DNA of 36,834 nucleotides, taken from NCBI GenBank assembly GCA_030606165.1, contig JAUWGZ010000003.1, positions 1 to 36,834 on the forward strand, read 5' to 3'. Made by a program: the position numbers and the translations under genes. How positions within the stretch are numbered: position 1 is the first letter of the stretch; each line of letters begins with the position of its first letter. Source of the stretch: Dehalococcoidia bacterium. Lineage in GTDB: Bacteria; Chloroflexota; Dehalococcoidia; GIF9; AB-539-J10. Of this stretch, positions 25,581-34,556 are shown piece after piece. The notes under the pieces were generated by a model. The model made no database searches, had not been told where the DNA came from, and saw nothing but the letters and a program-made list of their open reading frames with translations.

Positions 25581-27616
25581 ATAGTGACTTTGTATTAACC
25601 GTATGTCCTTTCTGTGGCTGTGGCTGTCAGTTTTATCTCCAGACTATGGATAATGAGATAGCTGGAGTGGTTCCTTGCAAGACCGACGAAATAAGTGAAG
25701 GAAAGCTTTGTATAAAGGGAAGAAATGCAGCAGATTTTGTCAACCACCCTGACCGGCTCAAGTCACCCTTGGTAAAAAGAGATGGCAAATTTGAACCGGC
25801 AAGCTGGGATGAAGCTTTAGACATCGTGAGTAAACAGCTAAGCCAGATAAAGCAAATACACGGCCCTGATTCCGTAGGTGTCCTTTCATCTGCTAAGTGT
25901 ACCAATGAGGAAAATTTTGTCCTGATGAAATTTGCCCGGGCGGTCATTGGCACAAATAACGTTGACCATTGTGCTCGACTTTGTCATGCCTCGACGGTGC
26001 TGGGTTTAGTCAAGTCTTTTGGCAGTGGAGCGATGACAAACAGCGTACCAGAAGTGGAAGGTGCGGATTGTATTTTCGTGATAGGAAGCAATACGATAGA
26101 GCAGCATCCCCTCATAAGCTCAAGGGTTCTACGGGCCAAGGAAAAGGGAGCCAAGTTGATTGTGGTTGACCCGCGCCGTACACCTCTAGTTGAGTTTGCT
26201 GATGTTTATCTTCAGCATAAGCCAGGAACGGATGTTTGCCTGCTTAATGGCATTATGAATCTCATCCTTTCTTGGGATTTGGCTGACAAGGATTTCATTG
26301 CCCAGCGTACCGAAGGGTTTGAGGAATTGGAAAGGAAAGTGAAAGAATACCCACCAGAGAGAGTGTGCGAAATAACCGGAGTTGACCAAGCTGCTTTGGA
26401 GGGGGCAGCTCGAACTTATGGCGAAGCCAAAAAAGCGAGCATCCTATATGCCATGGGTATAACGCAGCATACCACCGGCACTGATAACGTGGAATCTTGC
26501 GCCAATCTGGCAATGCTCACCGGGAATGTTGGTCGCGAGTCAACAGGGGTAAATCCGCTTCGCGGGCAAAACAATGTCCAGGGTGCCTGTGATGTGGGCG
26601 GCTTGCCAAATGTTTACTCGGGCTATCAATCAGTTACAGATGGGACGGCAAGAGCCAAATTTGAAAAAGCCTGGGGGGTTAAGCTGCCACAAGAGGTAGG
26701 GCTCACTGTTACTGAGATGCCAGATGCTGCTCTTAATGGTTCGCTTAAAGCAATGTATATAATGGGAGAGAATCCCATGCTTTCTGACCCGGATATAAAT
26801 CACTTAAAGAAGGCTCTCAGTTCTCTCGATTTCATGGTGGTACAAGATATATTCCTGTCTGAGACGGCACAGTTCGCCCATGTGATATTGCCAGCCTGTT
26901 CCTTCGCTGAGAAGGAAGGCACTTTTACCACAACGGATAGAAGAGTTCAAAGAGTAAGGAAGGCAATAGAGCCCATAGGTGATTCTAAGCCGGACTGGCT
27001 CATAGTGGGTGAGCTTGGCCAAAAAATGGGGGGCAAAGGATTTGATTATAAGTCAGCTCAAGACATTATGAAGGAAATCGCACAGCTTACCCCCAGTTAT
27101 GCCGGTATTTCCTATGAGCGATTGGATGATGGAGAGGTTCTGGCTTGGCCATGCCCTTCGAAAGGACATCGCGGAACTAAGTTCCTTCACAAGGATGCCT
27201 TTACCAGAGGTAAGGGAAAGTTCTTTGCCATTGAGTATAAAGAGCCTGCTGAATTACCAGATAAGGAATATCCTTTTATCTTGACTACGGGTAGGTTAAT
27301 GTTTCAGTTTCATACTGGGACTATGACTCGCAGGATTCCTATCCTGGAGAGGGAACTCCCTACCGGTTTTGTGGAACTCAATACTGAAGATGCGAAAAAA
27401 CTCTCGATAGCACAGGGGGAAAAGGTAAAAGTAAAATCACGGCGAGGCGAAATTGAGATAAAGGCTTTCGTTACGGATGGAATTCTCCCAGGAGTGGTAT
27501 TCATACCTTTTCACTTTGCTGAATGTCCCGCCAATGAGCTTACCAGCAGCAACCTTGACCCTGAAGCTAAAATCCCCGAGTTTAAAGTCTGCGCTGTGAA
27601 AGTCTACAAGGGGTGA
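25577..27616 (+). CDS. fdhA: Cytoplasmic Mo/W-bis-PGD formate dehydrogenase alpha subunit (Cys type)
   Basis: CPFCGCGC...[33 protein letters not shown] and AKIPEFK motifs; no Tat signal. Confidence 0.95.
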   Translation: MNSDFVLTVCPFCGCGCQFYLQTMDNEIAGVVPCKTDEISEGKLCIKGRNAADFVNHPDRLKSPLVKRDGKFEPASWDEALDIVSKQLSQIKQIHGPDSVGVLSSAKCTNEENFVLMKFARAVIGTNNVDHCARLCHASTVLGLVKSFGSGAMTNSVPEVEGADCIFVIGSNTIEQHPLISSRVLRAKEKGAKLIVVDPRRTPLVEFADVYLQHKPGTDVCLLNGIMNLILSWDLADKDFIAQRTEGFEELERKVKEYPPERVCEITGVDQAALEGAARTYGEAKKASILYAMGITQHTTGTDNVESCANLAMLTGNVGRESTGVNPLRGQNNVQGACDVGGLPNVYSGYQSVTDGTARAKFEKAWGVKLPQEVGLTVTEMPDAALNGSLKAMYIMGENPMLSDPDINHLKKALSSLDFMVVQDIFLSETAQFAHVILPACSFAEKEGTFTTTDRRVQRVRKAIEPIGDSKPDWLIVGELGQKMGGKGFDYKSAQDIMKEIAQLTPSYAGISYERLDDGEVLAWPCPSKGHRGTKFLHKDAFTRGKGKFFAIEYKEPAELPDKEYPFILTTGRLMFQFHTGTMTRRIPILERELPTGFVELNTEDAKKLSIAQGEKVKVKSRRGEIEIKAFVTDGILPGVVFIPFHFAECPANELTSSNLDPEAKIPEFKVCAVKVYKG

Positions 27617-27621
27617 TAAAC

Positions 27622-29064
27622 ATGGCTGAAAAGGAAACAACCGTAATAACGGAAGCAGAGAAAATTTTAGATAGGGAAAACATAATAGCGAAAGCAGAGG
27701 AGGTCTTAGACCAAGGCTATGATGGCATCATTGGGCTTCGAAAAAGATGGGGACATGTAAGCCCTTATCTTTTTACAACTAAGGACGAGCTTAAAGAACT
27801 GGAACTGGAGCCCCGATATAACCTGGCAACTTTTGTTCGTCAACTCAAAAATAAATGGCCTGATGCAAGATTGGGGATTGTTTCTAGAGGATGTGACGAA
27901 AGGGCTTTAGATAAACTTGAAGAACTAGGTGTTTTTAGTAAAGAGGGCGTGGTTTTTATAGGTATAACCTGTTCCATGGAGCAGGCGGAGGAATGTAACT
28001 GTGAGAAGCCAATCTATACTCCCTTGGATTGCACCGGCTGCTGGAAGTGTATGGAAGAGTGCCCGAAGGATGCTATCACACGGATAAATGTTTGCCCCAT
28101 CCTGGTGCCTGATCAGTTTAACTTGGGCCTGGGGCAGAGAAAGGCCATCTATTTACCCTTCCCTCAGGCAGTGCCTAAGAAAAACGTCAGAGATCCCAAT
28201 CACTGCCTACGAATCACAGAGAAGCTCGAATGTAAGGGATGTGAAAACGCTTGCGAAGCTAAGGCAATCGTTCATGACATGGCTGACCAGATTGTGGATC
28301 TGGATGTTGGCGCCATTATAGTCGCCACTGGCTTAGATTTCTACGATGTCTCAGGACTGGAAGAGTATGGCTATGGAAAGATAAAGAATGTCGTCACGGC
28401 TATGGAATATGAGAGATTAACCTCAGCATCAGGACCCACTTTGGGATCGCTTGACCGACCATCAGATGGCAAGGTCCCTCACAATATAGCCTTCATTCAA
28501 TGCGTTGGCTCCCGCGATTTTAGGTGTGAACCATATTGTTCTAGCGTCTGCTGCATGCATGCCACTAAGGAAGCCATGATGGCATATGAGCATGAGCCAG
28601 GGACGAAGTCCACTGTCTTTTATATGGATATGAGGGCTGTAGGCAAAAGGTTCCAGGAATATATTGCCAGGGCTAAAAGCGACTATAATGTGACTTATAT
28701 CAGGAGTCGCCCGGGCAGGATCGAAGTTAACCCTGAGAATGATAACCCTATTATCTGGTATGAGGATACAACTACTGGGGAAATAAAGAAATTTGAGGCA
28801 GAAATAGTGGTTCTTGCTCAAGCGATGATTCCTCAAATCACAAAGGACCTAGCAGAAATATTAGGTATAGAGTTAGATGAAAATGGCTTTGTGAAGACTC
28901 CAGGTGGATTCTTGCAACCTCTGGATACTACAAAGCCTGGCATCTTTGCTTGCGGCTATGTCCACAGTCCACGTGATATCCCGGATTCTGTAACCCAGGC
29001 CTCGGGGGCAGCGGGCAGAGCTGCTGAAGAGATTGCTTCGCTCCACTCGCAAGGAGGCAAGTGA
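27622..29064 (+). CDS. Chimera: FdhB/FlxC-like N-terminal half + ferredoxin motif + remainder of HdrA/QmoA
   Basis: YDGIIG...NLATFV...LGIVSRGCDERAL...FIGITC, then CTGCWKCMEECP, then VCPILVPDQFNLGLGQRKAIYLPFPQAVP, GAIIVATG, QCVGSR, YCSSVCC and PRDIPDSV. Confidence 0.8.
   Translation: MAEKETTVITEAEKILDRENIIAKAEEVLDQGYDGIIGLRKRWGHVSPYLFTTKDELKELELEPRYNLATFVRQLKNKWPDARLGIVSRGCDERALDKLEELGVFSKEGVVFIGITCSMEQAEECNCEKPIYTPLDCTGCWKCMEECPKDAITRINVCPILVPDQFNLGLGQRKAIYLPFPQAVPKKNVRDPNHCLRITEKLECKGCENACEAKAIVHDMADQIVDLDVGAIIVATGLDFYDVSGLEEYGYGKIKNVVTAMEYERLTSASGPTLGSLDRPSDGKVPHNIAFIQCVGSRDFRCEPYCSSVCCMHATKEAMMAYEHEPGTKSTVFYMDMRAVGKRFQEYIARAKSDYNVTYIRSRPGRIEVNPENDNPIIWYEDTTTGEIKKFEAEIVVLAQAMIPQITKDLAEILGIELDENGFVKTPGGFLQPLDTTKPGIFACGYVHSPRDIPDSVTQASGAAGRAAEEIASLHSQGGK
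29029..29056. repeat. REP-like palindromic element forming the 3' end of ORF 27622 and the SD of the next gene
   Basis: GAGATTGCTTCGCTCCACTCGCAAGGAG; related to 9714-9741 and 5849-5875. Confidence 0.7.
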
Positions 29065-29065
29065 A

Positions 29066-30745
29066 GTGGAAGAACCTCGTATCGGAGTCTTTGTCTGTCA
29101 TTGTGGCAGGAACATAGGGGCATATGTAGATGTTCCTGGAGTGGTGGAATACGTAAAGGGATTGCCTAATGTCGTGCATGCTGAGCGTAATCTCTACACC
29201 TGCTCTGAAGAGGGGATATCGGCGATTAAGAAGGGGATTCAGGAGCACAATCTGAACCGCGTCATAGTAGCTTCTTGTACACCTAGGACTCACGAGCCGC
29301 TCTTTAGGTCTGCCTGCGAAGCTGTAGGCTTAAACAAATATCTTTTTGAGTTTGTTAACATAAGGGATCAGTGCTCTTGGGTGCATATGCATGAGCCTGA
29401 GAAAGCTACGGAAAAGGCTAAAGACCTCATCAGGATGGGAGTAGCCAAAGCGAGGCTGCTTGAGCCGCTGGAGGAGATTGAAATCAAGGTAACTCCTTCT
29501 GCCTTAGTGATTGGTGGCGGAGTTGTAGGCATGGGCGCTGCCTTAAATTTGGCAGCGCAAGGTTTCGAAGTCCATGTGGTGGAAAAGGAGCCAGAACTTG
29601 GAGGAACTCTTCGCAGTGTTTATAAGCTTTACCCCACGAATGAAGAGGCAACAAAGGTAACCAATCCACTTATTGAAAAAGTCAAGAATGATCCTAAGAT
29701 TAAGACTTATCTTTCGGCCAAAGTAAAAGAAGTCAGCGGGTTTATAGGGAATTTTGATGTCGTTGTGAATCAAGACGGAGAAGAGAGTAAGTTCAATGTA
29801 GGTACTATCATAGTAGCCATCGGGGCTGATAAGTTAAAACCGACGGGGCAATATGGCTATGGTGAGATGCCTAATGTCCTCACTCAATTAGAGCTGGAGG
29901 AACGGATGAAGAAGGGTGAGCCGGTAGGTCAGAATGTTGTAATGATCAATTGTGTGGGAGCCCGGGTTCCGGAGAGAACTTATTGCAGCAGAATCTGCTG
30001 CATGACGGCAATTAAAAATGCCTCCCTTATTAAAGAATCGAACCCAAAGGCAAAGGTCTGGATATTGCACCGAGACCTCATGACTTATGGTGTGGACTTC
30101 GAGAACTATTATCGAAAAGCCATGGAACTGGGAGTTAGATTCATCAGATATAGCTTGGAAAGGCCTCCTCAAGTTATTGGGGATGGGAAAGCTGAGGAGA
30201 TAAAGGCATACCATGAACTACGAAGAGAGGAGATAGAACTTCCCTGTGATATGCTCGTTCTAACTACTCCCCTTATCCCTGCCGAGGATAACCAAGATAT
30301 CTCTAAGATGCTTAAAGTCTCCTTAGATGAGTTTGGTTTCTTCCTGGAAGCGCACCTAAAACTCCGACCTGTGGAATTTGCTATGGATGGTATTTACATC
30401 TGTGGCTCAGCAAAGTGGCCTACAGATGTGACCGAAGGAATCTCTCAAGCCTACGCTGCTGCTTCAAAAGCGGCCGGTCCCCTGAGAATGGGTTATGTCA
30501 AGCCTGAGGCGATAAACGCCTTGGTTAATGAGGATAAGTGCTCAGGCTGTGGCATTTGCGAACTTTTGTGCCCCTTTCAGGCTATTGAGCTTCAGCCTAG
30601 AGATGGGAAGAGAGTGTCCCATGTCAATGAAGCAGTATGCAAGGGTTGTGGCACCTGCGGTGCTGCCTGCCCTTCAGGAGCCATCGCCATGCACTACTTC
30701 ACTGATGAGCAAATTCTAGCTCAGGTAGAAGCTTTATTTAGCTAA
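29066..30745 (+). CDS. hdrA: HdrA-like flavoprotein (no inserted ferredoxin; C-terminal 2x[4Fe-4S])
   Basis: RIGVFVCHCG, ASCTPRTHE, IRDQCSWVH, GGGVVG, NCVGAR, YCSRICC, CSGCGICELLCP and CKGCGTCGAACP; GTG 29066 with SD AAGGAGG. Confidence 0.9.
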   Translation: MEEPRIGVFVCHCGRNIGAYVDVPGVVEYVKGLPNVVHAERNLYTCSEEGISAIKKGIQEHNLNRVIVASCTPRTHEPLFRSACEAVGLNKYLFEFVNIRDQCSWVHMHEPEKATEKAKDLIRMGVAKARLLEPLEEIEIKVTPSALVIGGGVVGMGAALNLAAQGFEVHVVEKEPELGGTLRSVYKLYPTNEEATKVTNPLIEKVKNDPKIKTYLSAKVKEVSGFIGNFDVVVNQDGEESKFNVGTIIVAIGADKLKPTGQYGYGEMPNVLTQLELEERMKKGEPVGQNVVMINCVGARVPERTYCSRICCMTAIKNASLIKESNPKAKVWILHRDLMTYGVDFENYYRKAMELGVRFIRYSLERPPQVIGDGKAEEIKAYHELRREEIELPCDMLVLTTPLIPAEDNQDISKMLKVSLDEFGFFLEAHLKLRPVEFAMDGIYICGSAKWPTDVTEGISQAYAAASKAAGPLRMGYVKPEAINALVNEDKCSGCGICELLCPFQAIELQPRDGKRVSHVNEAVCKGCGTCGAACPSGAIAMHYFTDEQILAQVEALFS

Positions 30746-30769
30746 ATGAATTGGGATGGAGTTCACCAA

Positions 30770-31609
30770 ATGTTTCGGATTATTTCTAGAGAGACTTTAG
30801 GGACGAAAATTCATCTGTTCAAAATCGAAGCACCGGCAATTGCTAGAAAAGCGCTGGCGGGGCAGTTTGTTGTCATCAGGATTGATGAAAGGGGCGAGCG
30901 TATTCCTCTGACGCTTGCTGACTGGAATGGGAAGGAAGGCAGTGTTACCCTGGTGTTTCTGGAAGCGGGAGCGACAACCTTTAGGCTGGCGTTGCTGAAA
31001 GCCGGTGACTTCATTGCTGACTTTGTTGGTCCCCTTGGTGTACCATCGCATATTGACAAATTTGGTACTGTAGCCTGTGTGGCGGGAGGGGTTGGTGCTG
31101 CGTCAATAACGCCTATTGCCAAGGCACTGAAGGAGAAGGGAAACAAGATTATCTCCATTTTGGGGGCACGGAGCAAGGACTTGCTCTTTTGGGAAGATAA
31201 ACTACGCAGTGTCAGCCAGCGACTAATAGTTACTACTGATGATGGCACGTATGGTCGCAAAGGGGTAGTAACTGAGCCACTGAAGGAGCTGCTTGAGAGT
31301 GAGGAGAAGGTTGACCGAGTCATTGCCATTGGCCCGAGCATCATGATGAAGTTCTGTGCCCAGACCACCCTGCCTTTCGGGGTGAAGACTATTGTTAGCC
31401 TGAATCCAATAATGGTTGATGGCACCGGGATGTGTGGCTGCTGCCGGGTATCCGTTGGTGGCGTAACCAAGTTTGCCTGCGTGGACGGGCCTGATTTTGA
31501 CGGGCATCAGGTAGACTGGGACTTGCTCTCAGCCCGACTGCGTATTTATCTTGATGAAGAAAAACGCTCTTTTGAGCAGTGGCAGGCTCGGATGGGCAAG
31601 CGTTCTTGA
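30770..31609 (+). CDS. nfnA: NADH-dependent ferredoxin:NADP+ oxidoreductase small subunit (NfnA/SudB)
   Basis: GQFV, GERIPLT, GPLG, TDDGTYG, MVDGTGMCGCCRV and FACVDGPDFD motifs. Confidence 0.92.
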   Translation: MFRIISRETLGTKIHLFKIEAPAIARKALAGQFVVIRIDERGERIPLTLADWNGKEGSVTLVFLEAGATTFRLALLKAGDFIADFVGPLGVPSHIDKFGTVACVAGGVGAASITPIAKALKEKGNKIISILGARSKDLLFWEDKLRSVSQRLIVTTDDGTYGRKGVVTEPLKELLESEEKVDRVIAIGPSIMMKFCAQTTLPFGVKTIVSLNPIMVDGTGMCGCCRVSVGGVTKFACVDGPDFDGHQVDWDLLSARLRIYLDEEKRSFEQWQARMGKRS

Positions 31610-31630
31610 ATGGAGGCCTAAGCAACATAC

Positions 31631-33028
31631 ATGGCTAAGCTGAATCTCAACAGAGAGCCAATGACAAAGCAGGACCCCAAGACGCGGGGTAAAAACTTTA
31701 ACGAGGTTGCCTTGGGTTACAGCGCCGAGCAGGCTAAAGCCGAGGCAAGCCGTTGTATCCAGTGTCCCAAGCATTCCTGTACCGATGGCTGCCCGGTGGA
31801 GATAGATATCCCCGGTTTTATCAAGGCTGTCCTTGATGATAATATGCCCGAAGCGGTAAGGATACTCAAGGATAAGAACAGCCTGCCCGGCATCTGCGGG
31901 CGGGTCTGCCCGCAAGAGACACAGTGTGAACAAGCATGCTCGCTAGCTAAGAAAGGAGCGCCTATTGCCATCGGACGCTTGGAGCGTTACGTGGCTGACT
32001 GGGAGCGGACTAATATAGGGGCGCTGAACCCCAAGGCCGAGCCGCCCAGACCAACTGGTAAACAGGTGGCGGTGGTCGGCTCCGGACCAGCCGGACTGGT
32101 TGCCGCTGCCGATTTAGCCAAGCTCGGCCATAGCGTTACTCTTCTTGAGGCATTGCATGTAGCTGGCGGGGTGCTGATGTATGGCATCCCCGAGTTCAGG
32201 CTACCCAAAGAAATTGTGCAGGCTGAGGTTGCCTACGTCGCTTCCCTGGGGGTGAAGATTGAGCTGGATTCGGTAGTGGGGAAGGTGGTGACGCTGGATG
32301 AATTGCTGGAGAGCGGCTACCATGCTATTTTCTTGGGTACTGGTGCCGGAGCACCCATGTTTATGGACATTCCCGGCGAGAACTTAAATGGCATCTATTC
32401 AGCGAATGAGTTCCTGACCCGGGTTAATCTGATGAAGGCGTACCAGTTTCCTGAATATGATACGCCGGTGTTTGTGGGCAGAAGGGTGGCAGTGATTGGT
32501 GGTGGTAATGTGGCTATGGACTCAGCCCGGTGTGCTCTCCGACTTGGTACTGACGAGGTTTACATTATCTACCGTCGCTCAGAGGTAGAGATGCCTGCCC
32601 GCCGTGAGGAAGTTGAGAATGCCAAGGAGGAAGGAATCCAGTTCAAGCTGCTGACCAACCCAAAGAGGTATATCGGCAGTGAGTCGAACTGGGTAGTTGG
32701 TATAGAGTGTTACGAGATGGGGCTGGGTGAGCCTGATGAGAGCGGTCGGCGGCGCCCCATTGCCAAAGAGGGAAGTGAGTTTATCCTGGATGTGGATATG
32801 GTGGTAGCTGCCTTGGGCACCCGTCCCAATCCCCTTATTGCTCAAACTACTTCCGATTTGAAGACAACCAAGTGGGGTACGGTAGTGGCTGATGATACTA
32901 CCGGCAAGACGATGAAGGACAGAGTCTGGGCTGGTGGGGATATAGTTACCGGCGCCGCTACGGTAATAAGCGCTATGGGCGCTGCCCGCCGCGCAGCAAG
33001 GGATATAGATGAGTATTTGAGGGGGTAG
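31631..33028 (+). CDS. nfnB: NADH-dependent ferredoxin:NADP+ oxidoreductase large subunit (NfnB/SudA, GltD-like)
   Basis: EASRCIQC...CP, CGRVCPQETQCE, GSGPAG, YGIPEFRLP, GGGNVAMD and AGGDIVTGAATVI; directly after nfnA. Confidence 0.92.
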   Translation: MAKLNLNREPMTKQDPKTRGKNFNEVALGYSAEQAKAEASRCIQCPKHSCTDGCPVEIDIPGFIKAVLDDNMPEAVRILKDKNSLPGICGRVCPQETQCEQACSLAKKGAPIAIGRLERYVADWERTNIGALNPKAEPPRPTGKQVAVVGSGPAGLVAAADLAKLGHSVTLLEALHVAGGVLMYGIPEFRLPKEIVQAEVAYVASLGVKIELDSVVGKVVTLDELLESGYHAIFLGTGAGAPMFMDIPGENLNGIYSANEFLTRVNLMKAYQFPEYDTPVFVGRRVAVIGGGNVAMDSARCALRLGTDEVYIIYRRSEVEMPARREEVENAKEEGIQFKLLTNPKRYIGSESNWVVGIECYEMGLGEPDESGRRRPIAKEGSEFILDVDMVVAALGTRPNPLIAQTTSDLKTTKWGTVVADDTTGKTMKDRVWAGGDIVTGAATVISAMGAARRAARDIDEYLRG

Positions 33029-33115
33029 TGTCGAATAGTTTAGCGTATAGATTATTTAGTCACCTGCAAAATTAGTATAATGGTATTAGTTATCCGTGCT
33101 ATTGAGCTGGCAAGT

Positions 33116-33145
33116 AAGGGTGGATTGGCACTACTCTTTTTGTTT
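33116..33145 (+). promoter_or_regulatory. Terminator-like hairpin in the mvhD leader
   Basis: AAGGGTGG-ATTGGCA-CTACTCTT-TTTGTTT, downstream of TATAAT (33076-81) and upstream of SD AGGAGG. Confidence 0.45.
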
Positions 33146-33160
33146 AATTTAGGAGGATAG

Positions 33161-33604
33161 ATGGACAACTTTGAACCAAAAATAGTAGCTTTTTGCTGTA
33201 ACTGGTGCTCTTATGCCGGTGCTGACCTGGCTGGCACTTCTAGAATGCAATACCCCCCTGCTATCAGGATAATCAGGGTGATGTGCAGCGGCAGAGTAAG
33301 CCCTTTTTTGGTCCTTAAGGCCCTTAGCGTTGGTGCTGATGGCGTGTTAGTTCTTGGTTGCCATCCCGGTGATTGCCACTATATTGAAGGGAATTACAAG
33401 ACAATGCGCCGCATCCCGTTACTTAAGAAGGTGTTGAAGCAGTTTGGGATAGAGGAAGAAAGAGTTCGGCTGGAGTGGGTTTCTGCATCTGAAGGAGCAA
33501 AATTTGCGGAGGTAGCTAATAGTTTTACGCAATCCATAAAAAACTTGGGGCCAAGTACATTGGACAATTTAAAGCAGAGTTCTAAGGGGGCAAAGCATGG
33601 CTAA
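33161..33604 (+). CDS. mvhD: MvhD [2Fe-2S] subunit (copy 2)
   Basis: [29 protein letters not shown] and WVSASEG motifs. Confidence 0.95.
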   Translation: MDNFEPKIVAFCCNWCSYAGADLAGTSRMQYPPAIRIIRVMCSGRVSPFLVLKALSVGADGVLVLGCHPGDCHYIEGNYKTMRRIPLLKKVLKQFGIEEERVRLEWVSASEGAKFAEVANSFTQSIKNLGPSTLDNLKQSSKGAKHG

Positions 33605-34556
33605 ACTTAAGATAGCTCTTTACTGGGCGGCTAGTTGTGGTGGTTGTGACATCGCCACCCTAGCAATAGGCGAAAAGATTTTGAAGCTAGCTGAGGCCGC
33701 CGACATCGTGTTCTGGCCGATAGGCCTGGATTTCAAGTATGCTGATGTAGAGAAGATGCCAGATAAAAGTATTGATGCCTGTCTATTTAATGGTGCTATT
33801 CGGACTTCGGAGAATGAGCATGTTGCCAAGCTCTTACGAGCCAAATCTAAAATAATGATCGCTTATGGCTCTTGTTCCTATGAAGGCTGTATCCCCGGGC
33901 TGTCTAACTTCTACAATCGGCAGATGACATTCGAGCACGTCTACATAGAAACCCCAACGACTGATAATCCTGGGAAAATTTTCCCTCAGACGAAAGTTAA
34001 GGTGCCCGAGGGTGAGCTTGAGCTCCCTGAGTTCTATGATACGGTTAAGACTCTGGCCCAAACCGTGGATGTCGATTATTTCGTCCCCGGTTGTCCCCCG
34101 GAAGAAAAGACTACCTGGCTTGCCCTTGAAGCTTTGATTACAGGCAAGTTACCACCGAAAGGGACTGTCATAAGTCACGCGGTAAAGGCTGTTTGTGATG
34201 AGTGTCCTCGTAAGAAAGGGGAAAAGAAAATCAAAAAATTCTATAGACCTTACGAAATAGTCCCTGACCCGGAAATATGTCTACTGGAGCAGGGATTGTT
34301 GTGCTACGGCATAGCTACTCGGGGCGGCTGTGGTGCTCTCTGCCCTCAAGCCAATATGCCTTGCACCGGCTGTTATGGACCAGTGGAAGGAGTAATTGAC
34401 CAGGGGGCTCATTTTTTGAGTGCTCTTTCGTCTATCATTGACTCCAACGACCCTGAGGAAATCCAAAAAATAATTGATGATATTCCTGACCCGGCAGGCA
34501 CTTTTTATCGCTACAGTCTGCCAGATTCATTACTCAGGAGGGCGAGGATAAAATGA
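33597..34556 (+). CDS. mvhG: Group 3c [NiFe]-hydrogenase small subunit
   Basis: SCGGC, AYGSC, PGCPP, VCDECP, CLLEQG..C.G.ATRGGC and CTGCYGP motifs. Confidence 0.93.
   Translation: MAKLKIALYWAASCGGCDIATLAIGEKILKLAEAADIVFWPIGLDFKYADVEKMPDKSIDACLFNGAIRTSENEHVAKLLRAKSKIMIAYGSCSYEGCIPGLSNFYNRQMTFEHVYIETPTTDNPGKIFPQTKVKVPEGELELPEFYDTVKTLAQTVDVDYFVPGCPPEEKTTWLALEALITGKLPPKGTVISHAVKAVCDECPRKKGEKKIKKFYRPYEIVPDPEICLLEQGLLCYGIATRGGCGALCPQANMPCTGCYGPVEGVIDQGAHFLSALSSIIDSNDPEEIQKIIDDIPDPAGTFYRYSLPDSLLRRARIK

Noticed and set aside
24912-28041. Identical 12-mer TGCACCGGCTGC near both chimera junctions as a crossover scar
   Set aside because: It encodes the common CTGC ferredoxin motif, a near-identical string occurs in mvhG, and the right copy is ~50 bp from the actual HdrA resumption point.
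24585-29064. ORFs 24585 and 27622 as pseudogene fragments of hdrA
   Set aside because: Both are long, uninterrupted, in-frame fusions with intact motifs, plausible SDs and tight coupling to fdhA; there are no signs of decay.
31631-33028. Glutamate synthase small subunit
   Set aside because: No gltB nearby, and it is paired with an NfnA/SudB gene, so NfnB is the better call.
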